In this document: in pieces, positions 1 to 10,113 of the stretch
Numbering within the stretch: position 1 is the stretch's first letter
Layout: each line of letters begins with the position of its first letter
DNA from: Candidatus Fokinia solitaria
Lineage (GTDB): Bacteria > Pseudomonadota > Alphaproteobacteria > Rickettsiales > Midichloriaceae
Direction: 5' to 3'
Assembly: GCF_003072485.1 (NCBI RefSeq)
Contig: NZ_CP025989.1
Location: 330,001 to 362,000, forward strand
Length of the DNA stretch: 32,000 bases
Notes under the pieces: generated by a model
The model's database searches: none
What the model was told of the DNA's origin: nothing
Seen by the model: the letters and a program-made list of their open reading frames with translations, nothing else
Translations under genes and position numbers: made by a program

Positions 1-333
1 TATGAGATTCCAATTGTTTATGTACTGTAAATTCTCCATATAAAAGCTGTATAACTCATCTTTCTTCGTAGATTTCTGATATCGATTTATCAAAACAAGT
101 AAAGCGAATACTCTCTCTTCATTTATCTTAGATGAGAGAAAATAGTGTATCTCACTAATAGCGATCTGACTAAATGCAGTTGCAATTTTTCTTAGATTTG
201 GCATTGACACTCCAATAAATTGATCGTGTTCTGCATAATCTCCAACTCCAGTCTTAAATGCAAATGCTGCAAATGTAGGACTTCTTGTTATGTGATCGTG
301 AAAAGATTTTCTAATTTCTTGTATTATGTGCAT
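1..333 (-). CDS. DNA alkylation repair protein (AlkD-like HEAT-repeat family), N-terminal 111 codons; continues beyond the left window edge
   Basis: Hand translation of the minus strand from the ATG at 333-331 gives MHIIQEIRKSFHDHITRSPTFAAFAFKTGVGDYAEHDQFIGVSMPNLRKIATAF...EERVFALLVLINRYQKS...YINNWNLI, open to position 1. The F-x-GV-x-MP-x-LRKIA and INNW-x-L segments are what I recognise from AlkD-type proteins. It is absent from the ORF track because it has no in-window stop. Confidence 0.55.
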   Translation of the reverse strand, partial: MHIIQEIRKSFHDHITRSPTFAAFAFKTGVGDYAEHDQFIGVSMPNLRKIATAFSQIAISEIHYFLSSKINEERVFALLVLINRYQKSTKKDELYSFYMENLQYINNWNLI

Positions 334-439
334 CAGCGAATGAATATTGTTTTTATGCTACTTAATTAAGAAGAATATAGCACTAATAGATATAAAAGTA
401 CTATTTGTCAAAGATAGTATCAAAGAAATGAATATCACT

Positions 440-1387
440 CTAATTATTAGTGATTTCTGATATTTTCCGAGAGATAGTTTTACTTATATCGAGTACTTTA
501 AAGTACTTTGGTAAATTTGTGTGAGCAATAGTCGATGTTGTGATAATTTCACATATTGTATGTATCTTATGCGATGCAAAAAGCATATTCTGAGAAAGTA
601 CTGCATGACTAATCATAGCTTTTATAGTTTTTGCGCCATACTTTATCAGAGTTTCTGCTGCGTTTATTACTGTCCATCCAGTATCTATAATATCATCTAC
701 AATGATGCAATTTTTATTTAATATTGCTTTTATATCAGATTGTTTGAGCGCTGTGCCGATGCTGCGATCTTTCTTCATGATAATATGTTCGCAATGCAAT
801 TTTTCCGCAATTTCTTTGCTTCTTTTTGCGCTTCCAAGATCTGGTGAAATTATTAAAGGATTATCGGCATTGCGAATATGTGAGGCGAATAGATCAGTAG
901 TATCGATATTATAAAATCTCATATCAAATGCTTCTCTTGCTTTAGCAGAGTGAATATCTACCGTTAATAAGCATTCAATGGCGCTTGCCTTGATAATTTT
1001 TGCAATTGTATTAATTGGAGATGTTACTGCATATTCGCATTGCAATTGTTTATCCTGACGGCAATATGCAATGTAAGGAATAATAGCAATTATTTTAGAT
1101 GCGCCGGCATTTTGAGCTGCATTCGCCAAAAGCAGTAATTCTATAATATCGTCGTTTACGTTGCGATGTATGGAGTGCACTATAATTGCTTTATTGCCAT
1201 ATAATGAGGTATGTAGTTGAATCGAAAATTCTCCATTGGAAAACCGTTGTACAGCAGCTTGAATGTATTCAGCATTTTGATAAAAGGCTATTTTCTGCGC
1301 TATTTTTTGCGAATTTGTACCTACTATAATTTTCAATTTCTGATATAATTTTTCGTGCATTGTATCATTGCGTGAAGAGAGCATCAA
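440..1387 (-). CDS. prs: ribose-phosphate pyrophosphokinase (PRPP synthetase)
   Basis: 315-aa ORF. It has the PRPP-binding loop IIVDDIIDTGWT, an ISPDLGSAKRS segment and DIHSAKA, at typical Prs length. The true start may be the internal M (MHEKLYQ...). Confidence 0.9.
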   Translation of the reverse strand: MMLSSRNDTMHEKLYQKLKIIVGTNSQKIAQKIAFYQNAEYIQAAVQRFSNGEFSIQLHTSLYGNKAIIVHSIHRNVNDDIIELLLLANAAQNAGASKIIAIIPYIAYCRQDKQLQCEYAVTSPINTIAKIIKASAIECLLTVDIHSAKAREAFDMRFYNIDTTDLFASHIRNADNPLIISPDLGSAKRSKEIAEKLHCEHIIMKKDRSIGTALKQSDIKAILNKNCIIVDDIIDTGWTVINAAETLIKYGAKTIKAMISHAVLSQNMLFASHKIHTICEIITTSTIAHTNLPKYFKVLDISKTISRKISEITNN

Positions 1388-1450
1388 TACGATTTATGCG
1401 CTTGCTTGAGATTGCGGTAACTCAATGTATTGGAGACTTACGTGTGTGTC

Positions 1451-1894
1451 TCATATTGCGAGATTTTGTATGAAAGACTCATCAAGCATTTCTTTCGCGA
1501 TAATCTCGAAAGATTCTCTGTCAATTTCTAAAAATCCGTAGCGGAAAACTGCGCCCCACGCGTCCTTATTTTTTATGAATGATAGAGAGTTAATGAGAGG
1601 CTTAATATCTGTGTGCTTTCCCTCAAAATACTTCACATTACGTCTATATGGTTGAAATTCTCCACCCATATCGAATTTATACGGCATATCATCGGTAATT
1701 ATGCCGATAGCGGTAAATTTTTGATAAACTTTACTCTCATGCATTTTTACTTTAGAAGAGTAGTATATTATAAAATCTCCTAACTTTGGTCGTTTCGCTG
1801 GCGCTAACTTACCATGGCAAAATTGGCATATGCCAAGTTTTACGCCATTTTCTACGTGTTCTTTTGAAGCGACTCCTATCCAAAACTTTGGCAT
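1451..1894 (-). CDS. EVE (PUA-like) domain-containing protein
   Basis: 147-aa ORF. The N-terminus MPKFWIGVASKEHVENGVKLGICQFCHGKLAPAKRPKLGDFIIYYS matches the WIGVxSxEHVxxGV...GHGKxAP...GDxxxYYS pattern of stand-alone EVE-domain proteins. Confidence 0.7.
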   Translation of the reverse strand: MPKFWIGVASKEHVENGVKLGICQFCHGKLAPAKRPKLGDFIIYYSSKVKMHESKVYQKFTAIGIITDDMPYKFDMGGEFQPYRRNVKYFEGKHTDIKPLINSLSFIKNKDAWGAVFRYGFLEIDRESFEIIAKEMLDESFIQNLAI

Positions 1895-2122
1895 ATATTA
1901 GAGTATTAAGAAAACGGCAGTATAGTGAGTGAAAATCGTATTGTAAAATCTTTGCTTAACGCTTTTAGCAAAATATAAATTTTTCTCTTGAAAGATTTTT
2001 TAATTTACGAAGTTGTAGTGTGGCATAAGCGTACTTTATTAATTCTCTTGTAACATGGTAATATTTTCGATCCGTCAATTTGCTATACACATTGCAATGT
2101 CATTCATTTCGATGTAAATATA

Positions 2123-3103
2123 ATGCAAAACAAAGTACGCAACGCTATGGAAAAGAGATGGGCTTTTGAAGAAGCGGAAGCACTCTTTGCACTTCCGTTT
2201 AATCAGCTTATTTATGATGCACAAACAGTGCATAGACAGTATTTTTCTCCAAATGTTATTCAAATTAGTACGCTTTTGAGTATAAAAACTGGTGGCTGCA
2301 CTGAAGATTGTAAATATTGTCCGCAGTCGATGCATTATAATACTGGAGTAGAGAAGGGGCACTTGTTGAAGGTAAGCGATGTTGTAGAGGAAGCAAAAGA
2401 AGCAAAGAAGAAGGGTGCTAGTAGATTTTGTATGGGCGCTGCATGGAGAAGCTTACGAGATAAAGAAATGCCTGCAATCTGTGAGATGATAAGGGAAGTA
2501 AAAAAATTGGAGTTAGAAGTTTGTATGACATTAGGCCTGCTTAAGGAAGAGCAAGCGCTGCAATTGAAGGAAGCAGGGTTAGATTTCTATAATCACAATA
2601 TTGATACATCTGAAGAATTTTACGATAAAATTATCACAACAAGAGATTTTCAGAGTAGATTGAATACAATTGAATGTGTACGTAAGGCTGGTATCAAGAT
2701 TTGTTGCGGCGGCATTATAGGAATGGGCGAATCAAATGATGATCGCGTGAAGATGTTAGTTGTTTTAGCTAATTTTGATCAGCCACCTGAATCAGTGCCA
2801 ATAAATAAATTAATCAGAATTCCAGGCACACCTTTGGAGAATCAAAAGGAAGTAGATCCTTTTGATTTCGTAAGAACAATCGCGCTTGCGAGGATTATGA
2901 TGCCGAAGTCGTATGTTAGGCTATCTGCTGGTCGCGAGCAAATGTCGGATGAAATGCAAGCTTTATGCTTTCTTGCTGGTGCGAATTCTATTTTTTATGG
3001 TGAGAAGCTTTTGACTTCTGAGAATCCTACAATGCAGAGAGATGACGCTTTACTGCAGCGTTTAGGCCTTCGAAGCGCCGCAAGTAGTGTAATACATAAC
3101 TAA
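2123..3103 (+). CDS. bioB: biotin synthase
   Basis: 326 aa. It has the radical-SAM cluster motif [11 protein letters not shown] (CxxxCxxC), a downstream [12 protein letters not shown] segment and YNHNIDTS. It sits next to the other bio genes. Confidence 0.95.
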   Translation: MQNKVRNAMEKRWAFEEAEALFALPFNQLIYDAQTVHRQYFSPNVIQISTLLSIKTGGCTEDCKYCPQSMHYNTGVEKGHLLKVSDVVEEAKEAKKKGASRFCMGAAWRSLRDKEMPAICEMIREVKKLELEVCMTLGLLKEEQALQLKEAGLDFYNHNIDTSEEFYDKIITTRDFQSRLNTIECVRKAGIKICCGGIIGMGESNDDRVKMLVVLANFDQPPESVPINKLIRIPGTPLENQKEVDPFDFVRTIALARIMMPKSYVRLSAGREQMSDEMQALCFLAGANSIFYGEKLLTSENPTMQRDDALLQRLGLRSAASSVIHN

Positions 3104-3206
3104 GTCTTCTTCCATTTAATTGCAAAAGAAGTATCAGAGTGAATGAAACTCATACAACTGTTTTGTGTTGAGTTTTGTAAAACTATTCTCGAAGAGGCGA
3201 TATAAA

Positions 3207-4502
3207 TTATCTGAATGAGTTAAGTACCTCACCAATCTTATCATAGGCATTTTCCAATTCTTTTTTCGATATACAGTATGGAGGTAGCAAATAAATTGTA
3301 TTTGAGAGTGGTCTTAGCAACAATCCTTCGCTGAGAAGTTTTGCGCTTATTGTAGGTACTAAATCTTTCGGTACTTTAACATCGAAAGCGGAAATTGTGC
3401 CTATGATTCGAGGTTTTTCTATCAATGCACATTGTTTTTTTAGAAATTTTATACCAGCATGATGTGTATCGTTGATATTTTGAATTGCTGCTTTGCATTC
3501 AGCTTTCATTAGTAAGTTGAACGATGCAATTGCTGCGCTACATGCTAGAGGATTAGCGGTATACGAATGACCATGCGCGAACGCTGTACTGAAATCATCT
3601 CCAAGAAATGCTTCGTATATGTTATCTCCAGTAATTGTCAAAGCAAGTGGAAGAAAACCTCCAGTAATCCCTTTTGAAAGGCATAGAAAATCCGGAGTGA
3701 TATCAGAAAGTTTTTCGAATGCGAAATGTGTCCCAGTTCTACCAAAGCCTGTCATCACCTCATCGAAGATGATTAGTATTTCGTTCTCACGTACTAGCTT
3801 TATGATATTTTGTAAAAATTCTACTCTACATACTCTCATACCACCTGCGCCTTGAATAAGTGGCTCCAATACAATAGCTGCAATTTTTCCTTTATATTGC
3901 TTTAAGTACTTCTGTAGCACTTTGATAGCTTGCGTTTCTTTTGCTTCAATTTCTCGATCATCGTCCCACGTATCGGCGTATGGTATAGCCAAAACTTTGA
4001 AAAACAGATCTTTAAATTGATCGTGAAAGCCGGATTTTTTTCCTACTGACATTGCGCCGAATGTATCACCGTGATATCCACCTTCAAAGCTGAGAAATAT
4101 ACTTTTGTCTCTATATCCTAAATTACGCCAGTACTGATAAGCCATCTTAATCGCAACCTCAACGGAAGTAGAGCCGTTATCTGAGAAAAAGAATTTTGCT
4201 AGTTTTAAAGGTAGTATTGTACGTAAGGATTTGCATAAATTAATTGCAGTTTCATGAGTGAAGCCTGCAAAAATAACGTGTTCTAAAGTTTTTGCTTGCT
4301 TGTATATACTATTTGCTATTTCCGCATTTGCATGACCATGAATGTTAACCCACCAGCTTGAAATGAGATCTAAGTAAGCTTTATCGTTTTGATCATAGAT
4401 ATAAGCACCTAAAGCTTTCTTAGCGCAAATTATATTTTTCGCTGTTCTTTCTTGCGTAAACGGATGCCATATCATTTCTTTATCAAGGTTGGAAAATATC
4501 AT
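3207..4502 (-). CDS. bioA: adenosylmethionine-8-amino-7-oxononanoate aminotransferase
   Basis: 431 aa, class-III aminotransferase. It has FDEVMTGFGRTG and the PLP-lysine context LSKGITGG. It overlaps bioD by 4 nt. Confidence 0.95.
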   Translation of the reverse strand: MIFSNLDKEMIWHPFTQERTAKNIICAKKALGAYIYDQNDKAYLDLISSWWVNIHGHANAEIANSIYKQAKTLEHVIFAGFTHETAINLCKSLRTILPLKLAKFFFSDNGSTSVEVAIKMAYQYWRNLGYRDKSIFLSFEGGYHGDTFGAMSVGKKSGFHDQFKDLFFKVLAIPYADTWDDDREIEAKETQAIKVLQKYLKQYKGKIAAIVLEPLIQGAGGMRVCRVEFLQNIIKLVRENEILIIFDEVMTGFGRTGTHFAFEKLSDITPDFLCLSKGITGGFLPLALTITGDNIYEAFLGDDFSTAFAHGHSYTANPLACSAAIASFNLLMKAECKAAIQNINDTHHAGIKFLKKQCALIEKPRIIGTISAFDVKVPKDLVPTISAKLLSEGLLLRPLSNTIYLLPPYCISKKELENAYDKIGEVLNSFR

Positions 4503-5119
4503 TGTGTATCTCTCAAAATTTTTACTAATCTTTCCGGAAGTGGAATATCTTTTAAAGTATTATAGCTAATTTTACTCAAGTATGGAAATTGCGCTATCAC
4601 TTGAGTCTTGCCATAAAATTCTATTGCTTCCATGTTTTCATTTTTATCTTCACCATTCATAATCACTCCAAGAATATCAATCTTTCTCGTTCTTAATGCC
4701 TCTATACAAAGTAAAGTATGATTGATAGTACCAAGTTTTGCACTTGTAACTATAATTACTGAGATATTTAGTTTTTTTATCAGATCGATCATGAGATACT
4801 CATCGTTGATTGGTACAAGTAATCCTCCTGCGCCTTCAACGATTAAATTCTCCTCTTGTGGTAAAATTATTTTATCAATATCAATGCGCTCATTTTCAAG
4901 TTTAGCAGCAAGATGTGGAGATAAAGCTTTTTTATACACAAATTTTTCTTGATGTATTTTACCTTGAGAGAGATTCTTTACAGTCATAGAATCTGTATTA
5001 CCCTCGCTTATTCCTGTCTGTATAGGCTTGAAGTATGTAGCATCCATATGCAAAGTAAGCCAAGATGAAATTACCGTCTTTCCTATGTCGGTATCTGTGC
5101 CGCATATAAATACTTTCAT
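4499..5119 (-). CDS. bioD: dethiobiotin synthase
   Basis: 206 aa. It has the N-terminal P-loop ICGTDTDIGKT and an EGAGGLLVP segment. It has 4-nt overlaps with both bioA and bioC. Confidence 0.9.
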   Translation of the reverse strand: MKVFICGTDTDIGKTVISSWLTLHMDATYFKPIQTGISEGNTDSMTVKNLSQGKIHQEKFVYKKALSPHLAAKLENERIDIDKIILPQEENLIVEGAGGLLVPINDEYLMIDLIKKLNISVIIVTSAKLGTINHTLLCIEALRTRKIDILGVIMNGEDKNENMEAIEFYGKTQVIAQFPYLSKISYNTLKDIPLPERLVKILRDTQ

Positions 5120-5871
5120 GTTATATTTTTTTTAAAGATTCCGAAAAATATCTTATAAGAGATGATAAGAGGGCGCTTTTGTTCGCGTATTAATGTTCTT
5201 AGTATGCGAAACGGTATTTGCCTGTGTGATGCTGAAGCACCTAATGCTTTAAGGTATCTAATAAATGATAGTACAGTATCAAACTTTATAGTTCTATTCA
5301 TGGTCCAGTATTGGAAACAGCAATGTCCTTTGATTGTATTGCAATATTCTGCAAGCGCTGTTTCTTTAGGGTAATTTTGAAGTACGGTATCGGTGTATAT
5401 GTTAATAATATTCTGCCATTCTCGAAATGTACCATCTAGTAATGTGGAAAATGCAAATATTTGAGAACTATTCAAATACAATGTTTGGATAGTTTTTTGT
5501 AAATCTTCTACCCATTGCAAAGCGAAATTACTTACTATCAGATCGTGCATATCGATATCTAATTCTGCCATATCACCTTGTATAAAGGTGCAATTCGGAT
5601 TTTTAATGAATTTTAGCCTGCATATATCAAGCATTCTTTCAGCGATGTCATTTAATGTGTAATGGCTTTGAGGATATACTTTCATTAATGATTCAGTCAT
5701 ATAGCCAGTACCAGTACCTAAATCTAAAACTGTTTTAGGAGTAAAATTCTGAATTTTTGATAATTTTTTTATTAGAAAATTTCCCGCTTTTCGCTGAATT
5801 ATGGCAACTAAATCATATGTTTTATCTGCGCTGTTGAAGCGCTCTTGCACTTTACCAGAGATAGAAGCCAT
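5116..5871 (-). CDS. bioC: malonyl-[ACP] O-methyltransferase
   Basis: 251 aa, class-I SAM methyltransferase with motif I VLDLGTGTGY. Its position between bioH and bioD supports the call. Confidence 0.8.
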   Translation of the reverse strand: MASISGKVQERFNSADKTYDLVAIIQRKAGNFLIKKLSKIQNFTPKTVLDLGTGTGYMTESLMKVYPQSHYTLNDIAERMLDICRLKFIKNPNCTFIQGDMAELDIDMHDLIVSNFALQWVEDLQKTIQTLYLNSSQIFAFSTLLDGTFREWQNIINIYTDTVLQNYPKETALAEYCNTIKGHCCFQYWTMNRTIKFDTVLSFIRYLKALGASASHRQIPFRILRTLIREQKRPLIISYKIFFGIFKKNIT

Positions 5872-6502
5872 CTAGAAATTTCATAATTTTTTCATAAACA
5901 GCTAATGGACTAGCGAGTCCAAGTATGTGTTCACCGTTATCTATCACATCTAATTTTATATTTGTGTTACTGAAATTATCATGTATAACTTGCGGCGGTA
6001 CCACCATATCATTATCCGATGCTAGAACAAGTGTAGGAACGGATGGTAGCACTATTGTACTGCGTAGTAAGTTTAGTTCAGTGCACATTAGATCGGAATT
6101 TAAATCTTCTTTATTAGGGCATTTGATCAATAATGAAGTGCTACATCTGCTATAAAAAAGATCTAATGCAATCATAGGATCAGTTCTAAATTTATTTTCC
6201 AACATCTTTAATTCTTTTTCCCTTTCTCTTCGTAATATAGGATGAAATCCTAGAAAATTTCTAAAACCGTTCAAAGCGATTAGGCGTTCAAAGTTTTTAT
6301 GTAACTCAAGTAGTTTCAATAATCCTAGAGAATGTCCTATACCTATGATTTTTTCATCATGAGGTATGTTGAAATGTGAAGGCCTTCTAAAATATCCTAA
6401 ATCTATAAAAGTGCATTTTTCTTTACTAAAACATGGTGCAATCTTATCCCAAAAACTTGCATCAAATCCGAAGCCATGACAGAAGACAAAATGGTAACTC
6501 AT
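5852..6502 (-). CDS. bioH: pimeloyl-[ACP] methyl ester esterase (alpha/beta hydrolase)
   Basis: 216 aa. It has an FCHGFG oxyanion-type motif and the nucleophile elbow GIGHSLG (GxSxG). It is embedded in the bio operon, overlapping bioC by 20 nt and bioF by 4 nt. Confidence 0.75.
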   Translation of the reverse strand: MSYHFVFCHGFGFDASFWDKIAPCFSKEKCTFIDLGYFRRPSHFNIPHDEKIIGIGHSLGLLKLLELHKNFERLIALNGFRNFLGFHPILRREREKELKMLENKFRTDPMIALDLFYSRCSTSLLIKCPNKEDLNSDLMCTELNLLRSTIVLPSVPTLVLASDNDMVVPPQVIHDNFSNTNIKLDVIDNGEHILGLASPLAVYEKIMKFLDGFYLW

Positions 6503-7653
6503 TGTATTATTTCTCTTAAGTAGTTTACTAACCTTTCTATATCTTGCAGTTGATGCTTCGATGTCAGTGCTATTCTTATACGAGAAGAATTATGCGGCAC
6601 TGTAGGAGGTCTTATACAGGATACTGTAATTTCTCGTTTCATCAATGCATCTTTGATTTGTAAGCAGATTTTTTCTTCTTTGAAAATAATAGGAACAATG
6701 TGAGTGGCAGATGTGCCAATATCAAATCCAAATTCTTGAAGTTTTGTACGTAATATAGTGCCGAGAGTTTGCAAATGAGTGCGTTCATTTTGTAAAGACT
6801 TCACCATTGTCCAAGCTTTTGAAGCAGAACCAATAATGTGCGGTGAAGGCGCGGTAGAGTATACAAAACCAGTTGCTTTGTTTATGAGAAAATCAATGAT
6901 CGTTTTATTACTTGCGATGTAGCCTCCGCTACTTCCTATTGCTTTACTCAATGTACCCATTATAACATGAGGAATATTATGTAATTGCACTGTAGTAGAG
7001 AGCCCATATCCATTTTTGCCGAATAAGCCAGTTGCATGCGCTTCGTCCAGATATAAGAATGCTTGATGCTTCGTCGCAAGTGCTGCTATTTCTTTTAAAG
7101 GCGCTATATCGCCGTCCATGCCGAAAAGCGTTTCTGTTACGATGAACTTCGGTCTTGAATCATTTTTGTAACTTTCCATAAGCGACTTTAAGTGTTCAAC
7201 GTCGTTATGATGATATCTGCATAACTCTGCTTTACTAAGAAATACTGCTTGATAAAGACTTGAATGATTCAGTTTATCAAAGAAAACTATCGCTTTTCCT
7301 CGTAAAACTTTTTCGTCGAGTAAACATGATAATGTGCTTATATTCGCTTGAAAACCTGAACTAAAAAGCAAACAGGATTCTGTATTTTTATCTCTTGCGA
7401 TGATTTTTTCAAATTCTTCGTATAACGGTAAGTTGCCAGATAATAACCTTGAACCAGTTGCGCCTACGCCGTATTTTCGAGCGCTGATTATAGCCGCTTC
7501 TATAACTTCACTGTTCTGACTTAGATTGAGATAGTCGTTTGTCGAGAAGTCCAGGAAATTAGTATGTTTCTCTTGTATATCTCGTGTATTTAAGATTCTG
7601 TAACGATTATCATTGCGTAAAGTTAGTAGATATTCTTCGTATGATTTATACAT
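6499..7653 (-). CDS. bioF: 8-amino-7-oxononanoate synthase
   Basis: 384 aa, alpha-oxoamine synthase. It has DEAHATGLFG and the PLP-lysine context GTLSKAIGSSGGY. It is the first gene of the minus-strand bio operon. Confidence 0.9.
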   Translation of the reverse strand: MYKSYEEYLLTLRNDNRYRILNTRDIQEKHTNFLDFSTNDYLNLSQNSEVIEAAIISARKYGVGATGSRLLSGNLPLYEEFEKIIARDKNTESCLLFSSGFQANISTLSCLLDEKVLRGKAIVFFDKLNHSSLYQAVFLSKAELCRYHHNDVEHLKSLMESYKNDSRPKFIVTETLFGMDGDIAPLKEIAALATKHQAFLYLDEAHATGLFGKNGYGLSTTVQLHNIPHVIMGTLSKAIGSSGGYIASNKTIIDFLINKATGFVYSTAPSPHIIGSASKAWTMVKSLQNERTHLQTLGTILRTKLQEFGFDIGTSATHIVPIIFKEEKICLQIKDALMKREITVSCIRPPTVPHNSSRIRIALTSKHQLQDIERLVNYLREIIQ

Positions 7654-7962
7654 TTTTAAGATGTTCTTAACTGAGCGAGAATAATTTTATGTTGCGGATA
7701 TTCAAATGAAGGGAACGATATGCGATTCTGAGGTATTTTGAATATAGGAACTACTGTAATGTATTAGAGAAAGAGATTATTACAAGCAATATAACCACAT
7801 TTGAGAGAAGAAATGATATAAGTAGTGATTATTTTATGATGGATCCTTGAATTTTCTGTAAAGAAAAAAAATCGTACTAAGCTATTAGTATTAATGTACT
7901 AGCTTTTACATAAAGCACAAGTTATTTTGAGAGAGTTTTATAAGAGAAATTAGCATGCTGTT

Positions 7963-9618
7963 ATGAGTAAAGAGAAGCAAGAAAAACATAAATTTACTGT
8001 GAAGTTACTTAAAGAAAAAAAGATAGCGAGAGATGCGGTAAAAGAAGCAAAATGCGAAGAATTGAAAGGCGAGACAAAAGAAAAATGTGAAAAATCTGAA
8101 GGGAGCTTCATATTCTATAAACGTAATTCAGATGAGAGCAACTTTGGTAAAAAACCTTGGTGGATTGACTATTTTGCTCTTGATAAAACGAAGTTTAAAC
8201 GTAATTTTGTCGAATCTTTATTAGTATTTGTCACGGTAAAAGATAAAGAAAAAGAAAGAATTTTTGCATATACGTTCGGTGTAGCTCGTTATTGGTTAAG
8301 GGAAGAATGTATAGAAAGCGATTTTGGATATAAAGTTGCTTTAAATACGATAGATCCTACAAAGATAAAAAGTGTAGATGCTCGTAGCCTAGAAGGTAAT
8401 GCAAAGGATAAAAGAGTAGTATTTAGCAAAGGTATGGATATAGAAGAGTATGATTGTAACAAATTTCTAGATTTTATTCATAGGATATCAGGAAAAGTTA
8501 AAGAGCAGTATAAGCATCTGTTCGATTCTGTGGCTGGATCAGAGAGCTTGATGATAACAGCTACAAAATCGAAAGATGAATTGATTGCACTTTCAAAAGA
8601 GCTTTTAGAGAGATTTGAGTCAGATGATTACAAAAATGATGATTCTTTGAAAGAAATAAATATGACTTACTCAGTTGCTGATATAGAAGTGACTGAAAGA
8701 CTTGATGAAGAATTGGGGAAATTACTCAAAAAAAGAGACTATAGTACAATGTCTTTCTCTGATGTAAAAATTCTTGATCCTGATATTTTTGAGTACTACT
8801 TATTTAATGGAAAGAAATATTATGATATGGAGGAGATTTTTGATGCATGGCGTGACATGCACGGATCGGTAGATTTTAGCTCAGCAGACGTGCTCGGTAA
8901 AGAGTTGCGAAAAACAATAACAGTATATACGAATGATGATAAAGAGCTTGACTCATGGAAGGTAAAACAATGTCTGAATGCTGATAATATTAAATTTGAT
9001 GACAATGAGTATATGTTCTTACGAAAGAAGTGGTATAAAGTAGATCGAGATTTTCTGTCGTATGTAGAAAAGGAAGTAAAAGAATATGAAATAAATGATG
9101 AGTGGATTAGAAACATTTTTGTAGATTATGACTCAGAAAAATATCAAAAGAAAGGTCAAGGACCTTTTGGAGAGCAGGAGTACAATATCGATTGCTGTAA
9201 TGCTAATTCAGAGCAGTTAGTATTATTCGACCGCAAGATGGTGCAATCCGAAAATCATGGCAAGATAGAGATCTGTGATGTTTATTGTAAGAGTACTAAA
9301 ACGTTTTTTCATATTAAGAAAGGAGAAAAAACAGCTCTAATGAGTCATTTATGGATTCAAGGACTTACATCTGCTTTCTGCTTGAATGCGGAAGATAAAA
9401 GGTATGTTAGTAAATTTAAGGAATGTACGAAGCTTTCTTCTTTTCCTTCACAATCTGAAATAAAGATATGTTATGCTATTATCAGTCATAAAAAAGCATT
9501 AGCTACACTCTCTAATTTTTCACTATATGCAGCAATTGGAAAATTTAAGGAGGCGGGTTTTAAAAAGGAGCAGGTAAAATATTTTTTCATTAATGAGATT
9601 AAAGCAAAAAAAAACTAA
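7963..9618 (+). CDS. TIGR04141 / DUF6119-like 'sporadically distributed' protein, function unknown
   Basis: 551 aa. The segment ERIFAYTFGVARYWLREECIESDFGYKVALNTIDPTKIKSVDARSLEG matches what I recall as the family core (RIFAxTFGxxRxLL...IExxFGxxVALNxIDxxxxxSxD). The C-terminal KIEICDVYCKSTKTFFHIKKGEKTALMSHLWIQGLTS resembles the ExCD...HxK...SHLxxQG tail. This is recognition by eye only. Confidence 0.6.
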   Translation: MSKEKQEKHKFTVKLLKEKKIARDAVKEAKCEELKGETKEKCEKSEGSFIFYKRNSDESNFGKKPWWIDYFALDKTKFKRNFVESLLVFVTVKDKEKERIFAYTFGVARYWLREECIESDFGYKVALNTIDPTKIKSVDARSLEGNAKDKRVVFSKGMDIEEYDCNKFLDFIHRISGKVKEQYKHLFDSVAGSESLMITATKSKDELIALSKELLERFESDDYKNDDSLKEINMTYSVADIEVTERLDEELGKLLKKRDYSTMSFSDVKILDPDIFEYYLFNGKKYYDMEEIFDAWRDMHGSVDFSSADVLGKELRKTITVYTNDDKELDSWKVKQCLNADNIKFDDNEYMFLRKKWYKVDRDFLSYVEKEVKEYEINDEWIRNIFVDYDSEKYQKKGQGPFGEQEYNIDCCNANSEQLVLFDRKMVQSENHGKIEICDVYCKSTKTFFHIKKGEKTALMSHLWIQGLTSAFCLNAEDKRYVSKFKECTKLSSFPSQSEIKICYAIISHKKALATLSNFSLYAAIGKFKEAGFKKEQVKYFFINEIKAKKN

Positions 9619-10113
9619 GCAATTGCCAGTGAATGTTTGAGAGGAAATATGTCAGAATGCTCAGATGCGCAAGAAGTGATGATGTAAATAGGTAGGTATC
9701 AGCGACACACCGGTGGATGCTGATGGACGGAGTTGATGAATCTAGAAAACAATTTTGATACTTTGTTGTTATGTTAGTTTTTTGAAATATCAAGATTTTC
9801 TCATCAAATATGTCAGGAAACATGTAAGGAAACATGTCAAAATGTCATACTGCACCTTTATAATTTGCCTCTTTTTTATTGAAGCGCACATCCTTTAGCA
9901 TAGTGACGAAAGCCTGTTTTCTTGAGAAGAGTAAAGTGTTTTTAATTGTCTAGCATAGCCTATTATTTTACATCAATTGTATTAGTATGAAGTGTTTTAC
10001 AGTAGTAAAAATATAGAAGTCGATTTTTTTACAGAATTGATACAAAAGCAGTTGCGTTTAAACTGTATGCAAGGTATTGTCGAGTAGTGATTTTGGCAAC
10101 GGATTGAATAAAA

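Noticed and set aside
2075-2362. 95-aa minus-strand ORF overlapping the start of bioB
   Set aside because: It is antisense to the radical-SAM motif region of a clearly real bioB and has no recognisable motif.
7766-7778. Possible att-type duplicate of the tRNA-Ser 3' end (agagaaagagatt vs ggagaaagagggatt) at the far side of the island
   Set aside because: Only about 9-10 nt of purine-rich sequence match, with an indel. In an AT/purine-rich intergenic region this is well within chance, so it cannot define an island boundary.
9619-10113. 495-nt gap between the TIGR04141-like gene and the DUF4917-like gene; examined for a hidden gene, tRNA or structured RNA (e.g. the aaatatgtcag direct repeat at ~9645 and ~9805)
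   Set aside because: Only very short ORFs (under 20 codons with a plausible start) and spurious Leu/Ser/Phe-rich antisense ORFs are present. There is no cloverleaf and no long stem. The 11-12-nt repeat is too short to interpret. The region likely holds promoter or decayed sequence, but nothing here can be supported.
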